The position numbers and the translations under genes are program-made. The notes below the pieces were generated by a model. The model did no database searches, was not told where the DNA came from, and saw nothing but the letters and a program-made list of their open reading frames with translations. From assembly GCA_900315245.1 (NCBI GenBank), contig OMYJ01000015.1:41442-105441 (forward strand): 64,000 bases of DNA. The letters are read 5' to 3'. This document shows positions 51,572 to 58,975 of this stretch, piece after piece (the first letter of the stretch is position 1; the number at the start of each line of letters is the position of its first letter). Source of the DNA: an uncultured Bacteroidales bacterium. GTDB lineage: Bacteria; Bacteroidota; Bacteroidia; Bacteroidales; WCHB1-69.

Positions 51572-51787
51572 TCACCCTTCAATAAATTCCTCCTCTTTCT
51601 CCACCCTTTCAATGCACTCCTCGATGTCGGCGATCAGTTCTTTCAAGAATCCTATTTTCTCGGACTTGTTTGGGAAATTTTCGGGGTGTGCTTCAAATTC
51701 ACTCTCGATCAGTTCACCAATTGTGAACTCCCATCCTAAATCTTCCTCATTTGGGGCAACATAAAAATAATAATCGTTCATATTCAT
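51572..51787 (-). CDS. Small acidic hypothetical protein (paralogue of 42065..42292)
   Basis: ATG directly below the leader; shared C-terminal helix motif. Confidence 0.6.
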   Translation of the reverse strand: MNMNDYYFYVAPNEEDLGWEFTIGELIESEFEAHPENFPNKSEKIGFLKELIADIEECIERVEKEEEFIEG

Positions 51788-51792
51788 TATCC

Positions 51793-51871
51793 CTGGTACG
51801 TGTCGGGCGCAACTTTTGGTGAATACTAATGATGCGGCAAAGGTAAATCCCGACTGTGCCAGTGCGTGGCA
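51793..51871 (-). promoter_or_regulatory. 29-nt leader (51793-51821) + -7 promoter/operator (51834-51871; operator copy 5)
   Basis: Plus strand: GCGGCAAAGGTAAATCCCGACTG TGCCA GTGCG TGGCA. Confidence 0.75.
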
Positions 51872-51879
51872 GAGTATGA

Positions 51880-52509
51880 TCAATACCAATCCTTCTCCAG
51901 TTCCCAATTGAGTAGTTGCCCTTGCATATCGCGCAGCTCGCAGCAGGTGCAGCCGCCAACCTTGTAACTGCCGAGATCTTGGACTGTCGAGGGCAGATAA
52001 ACGGCTTCCAGTCGGTTGCAATCCTTAAATGCATAAACCTCAACATTTTTCGTAAAAAAAGGAAGCTTGACGGATTTGATAGTGTTTGGGAAAGGGCCCC
52101 ATAAACCAACACCCTCAACAGCATATAGTATCTCATCATATTCCACCCAATCGGGTAAAAGCAGATCTTCCCCCAGTTCGTTGGTATTATCTGTGGGATT
52201 CACAGACAAGACTCCATCAAAAAAATCGAAGTATAGCCTTTGATTATAATCTAATCCGAAAAATGAATCCGGATGTTTTTCGTATGGGTAGACCTTCGTG
52301 AGATATAGAGGGAACAGACAGATGTCATCATCCTCGATGTATTGCAATCCGGTGATGTCATCTTCAGCAAACCGGACGGTTCTCCCCTCGCAAGACAATG
52401 CCAAATTCTCATCGTCCAGTTCCGTAACAACACCCTGACAAACTCCGGCTTTTGATTCTACAGTGATATAGTCCCCGACCTGCAGGTTCTCGTTAATGTA
52501 CTTCAACAT
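51880..52509 (-). CDS. Sm/SH3-like barrel + BspA-type LRR hypothetical protein (paralogue B)
   Basis: MLKYINENLQVGD start; IKSVKLP..TKNVEVYAFKDCNRLEAVYLPSTV LRR_5-like segment; YKVGGC..C. Confidence 0.65.
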   Translation of the reverse strand: MLKYINENLQVGDYITVESKAGVCQGVVTELDDENLALSCEGRTVRFAEDDITGLQYIEDDDICLFPLYLTKVYPYEKHPDSFFGLDYNQRLYFDFFDGVLSVNPTDNTNELGEDLLLPDWVEYDEILYAVEGVGLWGPFPNTIKSVKLPFFTKNVEVYAFKDCNRLEAVYLPSTVQDLGSYKVGGCTCCELRDMQGQLLNWELEKDWY

Positions 52510-52527
52510 ATCTTTGTCGTTTTTGAT

Positions 52528-52565
52528 GCGGCAAAGATAGTGCGGGAGTGTGCCGATTCGTGGCA
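52528..52565 (-). promoter_or_regulatory. -7 promoter + palindromic operator (copy 6)
   Basis: Plus strand: GCGGCAAAGATAGTGCGGGAGTG TGCCG ATTCG TGGCA. Confidence 0.75.
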
Positions 52566-52679
52566 TTGTGGTGCCCGCAGACCTACGGCCTGCCAGCGCA
52601 CCGCCAGCTGTAATTGGGAAGCATGACCCGCCGGCCGCCGCACCCGTCAGGGGTGCAGGGTTTGGTGGAATGTAGCTGT

Positions 52680-52874
52680 TTACGTCTCTGCATTCTCCAT
52701 GGCTGGCGCATTGCTTTGCCTTATGTGGTGGAGGTGTATCAGTTCGTCGCACATGGCAATTTTTTCTTCCAAATCCCTGATGGTGATAATTTCGTCGATC
52801 CGCTCCTTTATGATGTCGGTCTGTTCCTCAAAGGAGAGGTTTTTCAGGTCTTTTTTGAATTGTAAAATATTCAT
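52680..52874 (-). CDS. 64-aa coiled-coil-like hypothetical protein
   Basis: Intact frame; duplicate at 43607..43863. Confidence 0.5.
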   Translation of the reverse strand: MNILQFKKDLKNLSFEEQTDIIKERIDEIITIRDLEEKIAMCDELIHLHHIRQSNAPAMENAET

Positions 52875-52950
52875 ATTATCGTTTGTTTTGCTTTTACTCT
52901 CTGTTGAACGCTTTTCTGTGGCGAGGTCTGATGTTAAGGCAAAATTCCAT

Positions 52951-53007
52951 CAAGGCCTTGTCCTCTTGTTCAAAAGTGGGGAATTTGAATGATTCGAGAT
53001 AGATCAT
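52951..53007 (-). pseudogene. Extreme 5' stump of the COG3910-like ATPase
   Basis: MIYLESFKFPTFEQEDKAL, near-identical DNA to 41315-41371. Confidence 0.7.
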
Positions 53008-53021
53008 AGTCGTTTGTTTTT

Positions 53022-53059
53022 GCGGCAAAGATAACACGGGACTGTGCCAATCTGTGGCA
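53022..53059 (-). promoter_or_regulatory. -7 promoter + palindromic operator (copy 7)
   Basis: Plus strand: GCGGCAAAGATAACACGGGACTG TGCCA ATCTG TGGCA. Confidence 0.75.
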
Positions 53060-53189
53060 TAGCCGCGATGCCCGGCAGACCTACGGCTTGTCAGCAGAAA
53101 GTGAATAGTGATCAGTGAAATTTACGCGCGACAAGGCACGCCGTCAGGTGTGCGGGGAAAGGGATTTGTGAATTACATCGATAGAAACA

Positions 53190-53873
53190 TTACAAAAAGA
53201 TTGAAATTTGGGATAACACTTGTTCAGCACTACAATCATAGTTTCTAATACTATCAACAGCAATCCTTAACCCTAATAACTGTAATTGACATTTTTCACG
53301 GGTGTTCACACACATTTCCTTGATTTTATCTTTGTCCAATACAAATCCACTTAGCAAAAGTTCTGAAAATGCTTTTCTTACGATTACTGTATCAGTCTCT
53401 CCAAATACTATGCCCGTAAGAATGGATTTCATGATTTCAACGATGCGATAATCAGTATCATTAATTTCAATCTTCTTCAGTGCACTTTTGGCAATTTCAT
53501 TCAGAACAATAGAGAATTCTTCTGATTTCGGATCATATCCAACAGTTTCTTCTTCATTTGTGGATATATGTAATGAGGTATCATCAAAATTTGAATTATC
53601 CAATCCGAATTTCAAACAAATTGAAAAGATAGACGCATCTATCTGATCGAATAGACTTTCCATTCTATTCAAAGTATTCTGCTCACTCTCATCTGGTTCC
53701 CTGCCATCGTTGATGAAATCCACATATTTGACTAATTCATCCTCTAGTGGGGGCAACTCTTCAGATTTAATCTTGTCAATTTGTTCCTGCAAATTGCTTA
53801 AGTCTATATCAGAAAGTTGTTTGAGACTTTCCAAACGATCGGCAAGCGATTCCAATTTATTGATGAGTTCCAT
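53190..53873 (-). CDS. Acidic helical hypothetical protein (AT-rich)
   Basis: 227-codon open frame; no family recognised. Confidence 0.55.
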   Translation of the reverse strand: MELINKLESLADRLESLKQLSDIDLSNLQEQIDKIKSEELPPLEDELVKYVDFINDGREPDESEQNTLNRMESLFDQIDASIFSICLKFGLDNSNFDDTSLHISTNEEETVGYDPKSEEFSIVLNEIAKSALKKIEINDTDYRIVEIMKSILTGIVFGETDTVIVRKAFSELLLSGFVLDKDKIKEMCVNTREKCQLQLLGLRIAVDSIRNYDCSAEQVLSQISIFL

Positions 53874-53973
53874 TTTTCAAATTATTTATGAAAATAGTTT
53901 CTATGTGTCTATTTTGCTGCTGAAAAGACAGTATGAGACCGAATCAGTTTTTGGCAGAGTGTATATTAATCTG

Positions 53974-55356
53974 TTATTTTTGTTGTTGTTTGCAACACAA
54001 ATCGATTAATTCTTGATAAATCAACAACTTTTCAACCAATGCATCAAGATCAACAATTGTGTTTCCAAACAGATATTCAGGATCAACAATTGCTATCGTC
54101 ATATAAACTCCTGCACCAAATTTGGTAGGTTTTGAGATTTCCAAGTGATTTCTTTCTTTTGCTATTGATAATAATCGTTTATGAATTTCCCATCGTACAT
54201 CTGAACGATTTCTGTCGCCCTCATAATATATTTTGAAGCAAAGTTTTTTTTCTTCAAATTGAAGGTACATTTCGCCATCTATAATGGGAATGAAATGCCA
54301 CCATGCACCTAAAAATCCTCCTGATGGATTGGCCACATAATCCCAAGAAGTTAAAGAAAGACGAGTCTCTAATTCCTTATAAAAGCCCTGCCATGCATAC
54401 CAGTTCCATTCAGATACAGGTAGATTTCTAAAACTTTGCGTAGCTTTTTCAATTTCTTTTAGATGGGATATGTAATTTGTGAGCAAAACATTATTTCCAC
54501 TATATTTGTCAAGACAATCTATGATATCAGAACGAGATACTGTCCTATATCCTTTTTCCTCTATAACTTTTAATTTAGATAAAGGTTCATTACCAGTTTT
54601 TATGTACGCAAAAAACAACAGGTCCCGCTTACCTTTGTATTCGTTTTTGACAATACTTTTGTATCTCTCAAGCTGATTGTCATGAATGGAGGTGTTTGTC
54701 TTGTCTTCAATAATGAGAATAGTATTGTCGTTGATTTCCGCCTTTATATCAATGCTTTGCCACTGTCTCTCAACGTGTACTCTTTTAATAGAAAATTCGG
54801 GATCCCCTAATAGAATTTTGACAAAAGAACAAGCAACAGTATATAATGAAATGTCACTGTTTTTGAATTCAGGAGTTGACCATTGTATCAACCAGGAAAA
54901 CATCGCATCTTGACTTAATTCGGAAGTGGCAAATGAAAAAATGTTCGGAGAGTTTTCGTTTGACAAAGAAAGAGTTGACGATTCAAGCATTCTACCTAAC
55001 TCTTGTAATTTTGGAGCATATAGCACCATGTTTTCACTCAAATAGTCTCTTAAAGAATTTAAACTATTATCGTCTTGAGTAAATTCTTCAAGACTGCTTT
55101 GTTTTTTGTTTATTACAGAAACTAACAGTGTGGCTAGATCCAACACCCTCCACAGAGGGATTTCTTCGCTTTGGCGTGACCAACGTTCGCCATTACAGGC
55201 CCATCGCCAAATTTTAGCAGAATAGTCTTCTGCATTCCAAGTTGCATGTCCTATTGAAATGAATTTTGCATCGCCAGCATTAGCATCTTTATTTTCATAA
55301 TCAACAGTGATAACAGGTTTATGGCTAAGCCACGATGGTGCTTTTTTATTCTCCAT
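53974..55356 (-). CDS. DUF6530-like domain fused to a PD-(D/E)XK nuclease
   Basis: N-terminal P.WLSHKP...AK..S.G.A.WN...SAKIWR...WSRQSEE.PL.RVLDLA; C-terminal SELSQDA...IDI...IIEDK. Confidence 0.65.
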   Translation of the reverse strand: MENKKAPSWLSHKPVITVDYENKDANAGDAKFISIGHATWNAEDYSAKIWRWACNGERWSRQSEEIPLWRVLDLATLLVSVINKKQSSLEEFTQDDNSLNSLRDYLSENMVLYAPKLQELGRMLESSTLSLSNENSPNIFSFATSELSQDAMFSWLIQWSTPEFKNSDISLYTVACSFVKILLGDPEFSIKRVHVERQWQSIDIKAEINDNTILIIEDKTNTSIHDNQLERYKSIVKNEYKGKRDLLFFAYIKTGNEPLSKLKVIEEKGYRTVSRSDIIDCLDKYSGNNVLLTNYISHLKEIEKATQSFRNLPVSEWNWYAWQGFYKELETRLSLTSWDYVANPSGGFLGAWWHFIPIIDGEMYLQFEEKKLCFKIYYEGDRNRSDVRWEIHKRLLSIAKERNHLEISKPTKFGAGVYMTIAIVDPEYLFGNTIVDLDALVEKLLIYQELIDLCCKQQQK

Positions 55357-55444
55357 TATTTTAGGTTTAAGAACAGTTCGATTTTATAACTTGTTTTTAT
55401 TATTTTTTTTGCTCCAAAGCCGAAAACGGTCCTCCCCAAAAACA

Positions 55445-55461
55445 ACCCCGCAAAACTACAA
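55445..55461 (-). promoter_or_regulatory. Second-class promoter element (copy 3)
   Basis: ACCCCGCAAAACTACAA upstream of the nuclease fusion gene. Confidence 0.6.
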
Positions 55462-55488
55462 CTTTTCCCTTTCCCCTCCACCTCCTTC

Positions 55489-56298
55489 CTACAAATCTCC
55501 CAACGGATACCTGAACCTCCCCTTCATCTCCTGCAATATCTTGCGGAAGGTTTCCGGGAGGCGGGACCACATTTGGCGGGCGATCTCTTCGGGGATTTCT
55601 TTGTAGTAGGCTTCGGCGATGCCGCCGGTGATGCAGGCGAGGGTGTCGCTGTCGCCGCCGAGCGAGACGGCCAGGCGGATGGCACTCTCGAAATCCGTGC
55701 TGTCGAGGAAGGCGATGATGGCTTCCGGCACCGTGCCCTGACAACTCTCCTGAAACGTGTACCCGGGACGGATCTCCTCGCAGGTGCGGCTCAGGTCGTA
55801 GCCGAAACGCGTTTCCACATACTCCTTGATCTCCGCTTTGGTCTTGCCGGTCCTGCCCAGGAAGATGGCTGCGGCCACGGCCTGCGCCCCCTTGATGCCC
55901 TCCGGGTGGTCGTGGGTGATGGCGGCCGAGATCTCCGCCACCCGCAAGGTCTCCTCCAGCGTGCCGAACGCCCGGCCCACGGCACTCACCCGCATCGCCG
56001 AGCCGTTGCCCCATGAGTTGTAGGGCACTCGCTCGCGCCCGCTGAACAGCCACCGGTAGAACGACCCGCCGTAGCCGCCGAGGGGGTTGGGATATTCGTG
56101 TGCAAAGCGCACCATCGAGGCCTCCAACTCCTTGTGGGTGTGGTGCTCGTCGCGCAACAGCCAGTCGGCCACCGCAAAACTCATAATGGAATCATCAGTG
56201 AATTCACTTCTCTCCGAAAACAGAGGGAAATCGGTAGTCTTGATGTTGTCGAATTCGTATATCGATCCGACGGTGTCTCCTATTATTGCTCCTAACAT
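55489..56298 (-). CDS. ADP-ribosylglycohydrolase (DraG/ARH family)
   Basis: GAIIGDTVGS, FTDDS, GNGSAMR, THDHPEG and GGDSDT. Confidence 0.9.
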   Translation of the reverse strand: MLGAIIGDTVGSIYEFDNIKTTDFPLFSERSEFTDDSIMSFAVADWLLRDEHHTHKELEASMVRFAHEYPNPLGGYGGSFYRWLFSGRERVPYNSWGNGSAMRVSAVGRAFGTLEETLRVAEISAAITHDHPEGIKGAQAVAAAIFLGRTGKTKAEIKEYVETRFGYDLSRTCEEIRPGYTFQESCQGTVPEAIIAFLDSTDFESAIRLAVSLGGDSDTLACITGGIAEAYYKEIPEEIARQMWSRLPETFRKILQEMKGRFRYPLGDL

Positions 56299-56507
56299 AG
56301 TGTCTTACTTTTAGTTGTTCTGATCTTTAAAATGAATTTGAAGTGCAAAATTACAATATTTCTCTTTTACTGCCCGGTCCCCCATCATTGCAAAGCGTCA
56401 AGCGGAATCTCCTGCCGCTCGCAATGTTGCGGTTTCTCCTACAGGTATTGTCGGTTTGTTCGCAGAACCAGTTCCCGTCGGTTTTTCTGTTTCTTGAGCA
56501 AATGGTT

Positions 56508-57770
56508 TTATTCGGCGGCTTTGAAATTGAATACGGGTTTGATGATATTCTCCACGCTTACCGTGTCCTGTATGTTGGCAAGAATCTCATCCTTAGGCTT
56601 ATACGCCATAGGGGCTTCATCAAGGGTGTCGTTGGTCACGGTTTCGCTGTAGATGCCTTCCATCGAGCTTTTGAAGTCTTCCATCCGCAGTTCCTTGAAC
56701 GCCTTCGCCCGGCTCATCGCACGCCCCGCCCCGTGCGGCGCTGAGCAGTTCCAGTCGGCGTTGCCTTTGCCGATGCAGATGAGCGAGCCGTCGCGCATGT
56801 TGAGCGGAATGATGCACCGTTCGCCAGCTTTGGCAGAGATGGCACCTTTTCGGATCAGGTTGTCGTCACTGATATAGTTGTGTACGCTTTCAAAAGCACC
56901 GTCAGCAACTCCGCAAGCGGAATGTTTTTCCTCAAGGAAGTCTGTGATCAGGTCGGCAATCAGTCTGCGGTTGAGGCGCGCCCAACGCTGGCAAAGCCGC
57001 ATGTCGTGCAGGTACTCGTTGCGCGGCTCACCCTCCAGATAACAGAGGTCGGGCGGCACAGGCGGGGTCTGCATCTTGAAATCGGAGTGCAGTTTGGCAA
57101 TGGCGGCCTGAATCTCCTTTCTCCGGCCTTGGCTTTTGTATTCCTCTATGATTCGTTTCTGTTGTTCCATCACCTTGTCCCACCCCGAAAGCAGTTTCCG
57201 CGCCTCCTTTTGGTACAGGTCGGCCACCTGTTTGCCCAGGTTGCGGCTTCCCGTGTGAATTACCAGATACCATTTCCCCTGTTCATCGCGGTCGAGCTCA
57301 ATGAAATGGTTGCCACCGCCCAGGGAGCCGATAGATTTATCCAAACGTTTGCTCTCCTTGAGAAGTCTGTAGCTGTACAGCTCACGAATAATGGCTTTGG
57401 CCTCGGAATAGACCTCCATATACTTGTGGGGCAGCGGCAGGTATTGGTCACTGCGGAAGTCGCGCCCCGACGGTATGGCCTTCAGGATGAAGTTGTTGAG
57501 CGCGTGGAAATCAATTGATTCCGGCACTTCGAGCGGTTGCACGAGGATGCCGCAGCCGATGTCAACTCCCACAATGTTGGGGATCACTTTGTCGCCCAAG
57601 TTGCCCGTAAAACCGATCACGCAGCCCGCGCCGGCATGCACATCGGGCATTATACGGATTTTGCAGTCGGCGAACACCTTGACGGAAAGCAGGCGCTGAA
57701 TTTGTTCAAGCGCTAACTCCTCTATGTTGTCCGTGAAGATTTTAGCGTTGTGATTGGGAATGGTTTTCAT
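56508..57770 (-). CDS. rtcB: RtcB RNA 2',3'-cyclic phosphate/5'-OH ligase
   Basis: MPDVHAG.GC.IG, VGVDIGCG, GGGNHFIE, IHTGSR, HNY, RKGA, GAGR.MSR and DEAPMAYK; start moved to MKTIPN. Confidence 0.92.
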   Translation of the reverse strand: MKTIPNHNAKIFTDNIEELALEQIQRLLSVKVFADCKIRIMPDVHAGAGCVIGFTGNLGDKVIPNIVGVDIGCGILVQPLEVPESIDFHALNNFILKAIPSGRDFRSDQYLPLPHKYMEVYSEAKAIIRELYSYRLLKESKRLDKSIGSLGGGNHFIELDRDEQGKWYLVIHTGSRNLGKQVADLYQKEARKLLSGWDKVMEQQKRIIEEYKSQGRRKEIQAAIAKLHSDFKMQTPPVPPDLCYLEGEPRNEYLHDMRLCQRWARLNRRLIADLITDFLEEKHSACGVADGAFESVHNYISDDNLIRKGAISAKAGERCIIPLNMRDGSLICIGKGNADWNCSAPHGAGRAMSRAKAFKELRMEDFKSSMEGIYSETVTNDTLDEAPMAYKPKDEILANIQDTVSVENIIKPVFNFKAAE

Positions 57771-57960
57771 TTTTGAATAGGAATTTGTGCAAAGATAACA
57801 ATTGTTTGATAATGTTGAGCCGGCAAAGATACCCATCTTTTCCATCTGTTCCCTGTGCACGATGCACCATTCCGCAAGACGCGAAGCGTCTGGCGGAATC
57901 TCCGTTTCGCAAGGACGCGGAACAGCATAATATGGAATCCTGATTGCACGATTGCGAAAC

Positions 57961-58659
57961 CTACCTCCAATCATCCACCTCTGCCTCCAAATCCAGATAA
58001 TCCCCTAACGTCCTCCCTGTCGGGATGAGTTCTTCTTCGTCGGTCTCAACCATCACGGTGAGGAAGTCTCGCAAGACATTGCACCCCGCCTCGCCGGTTT
58101 CGGTCGTGAAACAATTCTGCGGGTTGTCCAGGACACCGAAGCAGAACCACGACCACAGGCGGCCGAACACCACTTTCACGGCGAACCAAAGCGCGAACAT
58201 GCCGCAGGTGATCTCTTTAGGGACAACAGGAAGGCCAAATTCCTCGTTTATCAGCTCGCTTAGGGACTTGTCGCTTTGGAGGAACGGCACCTCCTTGGTC
58301 TCGGGATCCATCATGGCGGACAGGCACCGCTCTGACAGATAATGCTTGTTTCGGCTCAGTTGTGCACCCACGTCCACGAAGTTGCCGTATTCATCCTTCT
58401 CGCAACGCAACAGCATCTCAAATACAAAGCCCATTCTTGAAAACTCGTATCTTGGTGCATCCGGATTGGGGTTGATGAATGTCCAGAAGGCTTCAAACTG
58501 AAGTTTTCCCTCCATACAGTTCCACTCGTCAGCGATTTTCTGCTTGTAAACAAGGGTCGTGCAGCTGCAGTTGTTCTCGTGCAGCAGTAAGGCCTTGATG
58601 AGTTTCAGGTCGTTGGTGAAGTCGGATACGGAAGATTTGGTTTCGTCCAGCATGTCCAT
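57961..58659 (-). CDS. Hypothetical protein
   Basis: 232-codon open frame, acidic; no family recognised. Confidence 0.55.
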   Translation of the reverse strand: MDMLDETKSSVSDFTNDLKLIKALLLHENNCSCTTLVYKQKIADEWNCMEGKLQFEAFWTFINPNPDAPRYEFSRMGFVFEMLLRCEKDEYGNFVDVGAQLSRNKHYLSERCLSAMMDPETKEVPFLQSDKSLSELINEEFGLPVVPKEITCGMFALWFAVKVVFGRLWSWFCFGVLDNPQNCFTTETGEAGCNVLRDFLTVMVETDEEELIPTGRTLGDYLDLEAEVDDWR

Positions 58660-58680
58660 TCCTTTTGCAATTTAATTAAA

Positions 58681-58700
58681 GGCGGGAATTTGCTCCCGCC
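58681..58700 (-). terminator. Probable intrinsic terminator
   Basis: Sense GGCGGGA-gcaaat-TCCCGCC followed by TTT, just after the 47-aa ORF. Confidence 0.6.
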
Positions 58701-58707
58701 CTTCGTT

Positions 58708-58851
58708 CTACTTCTTCGGCACGAACACGTAGGTCTTGTTGCCTATCGATTTTGCGGTGCCGCCCATCTTGTGTGCTGCGTTCATCAGTTCGCCGGACGT
58801 GGAGTACGTCTGGCTCATGCCGTTCGGAAAATTTAATGTGTACATCATCAT
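58708..58851 (-). CDS. 47-aa hypothetical protein
   Basis: MMMYTLNFPNGMSQTYST.GELMNAAHKMGG...; flanked by leader and terminator; a stump LMNAAHKMGG recurs at 49345-49374. Confidence 0.6.
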   Translation of the reverse strand: MMMYTLNFPNGMSQTYSTSGELMNAAHKMGGTAKSIGNKTYVFVPKK

Positions 58852-58855
58852 AACC

Positions 58856-58934
58856 CTGATACGTGTCGGGCGCAACTGTTGGTGAATACTGAAAACGCGG
58901 CAAAGATAAGGCAGGGGTGTGCCAGCGCGTGGCA
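58856..58934 (-). promoter_or_regulatory. 29-nt leader (58856-58884) + -7 promoter/operator (58897-58934; operator copy 8)
   Basis: Plus strand: GCGGCAAAGATAAGGCAGGGGTG TGCCA GCGCG TGGCA. Confidence 0.75.
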
Positions 58935-58936
58935 CT

Positions 58937-58964
58937 GTAGAGACGCGCCACGGCACGTCTCTAC
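58937..58964. repeat. GTAG-type REP-like palindrome
   Basis: GTAGAGACG-cgccacggca-CGTCTCTAC, same arms as 13194-13221. Confidence 0.75.
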
Positions 58965-58975
58965 ATGCCACGTCC

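Noticed and set aside
43975-52509. Paralogue pair as diversity-generating retroelement template and variable repeats
   Set aside because: No reverse transcriptase in the window, and the differences are not confined to adenines.
56299-57860. TGCCA box at the rtcB and ADP-ribosylglycohydrolase promoters
   Set aside because: -7 boxes are present (about 56343, 57788 and 57822) but no palindrome occurs at the expected offset, so direct regulation is not supported.
40961-58934. Recurring ~38-bp promoter/operator units read as a CRISPR array or integron attC sites
   Set aside because: Spacing is 0.5-6 kb with whole genes between copies, each copy contains a -7 promoter box, there is no RYYYAAC/GTTRRRY pairing, and no cas or intI gene is present.
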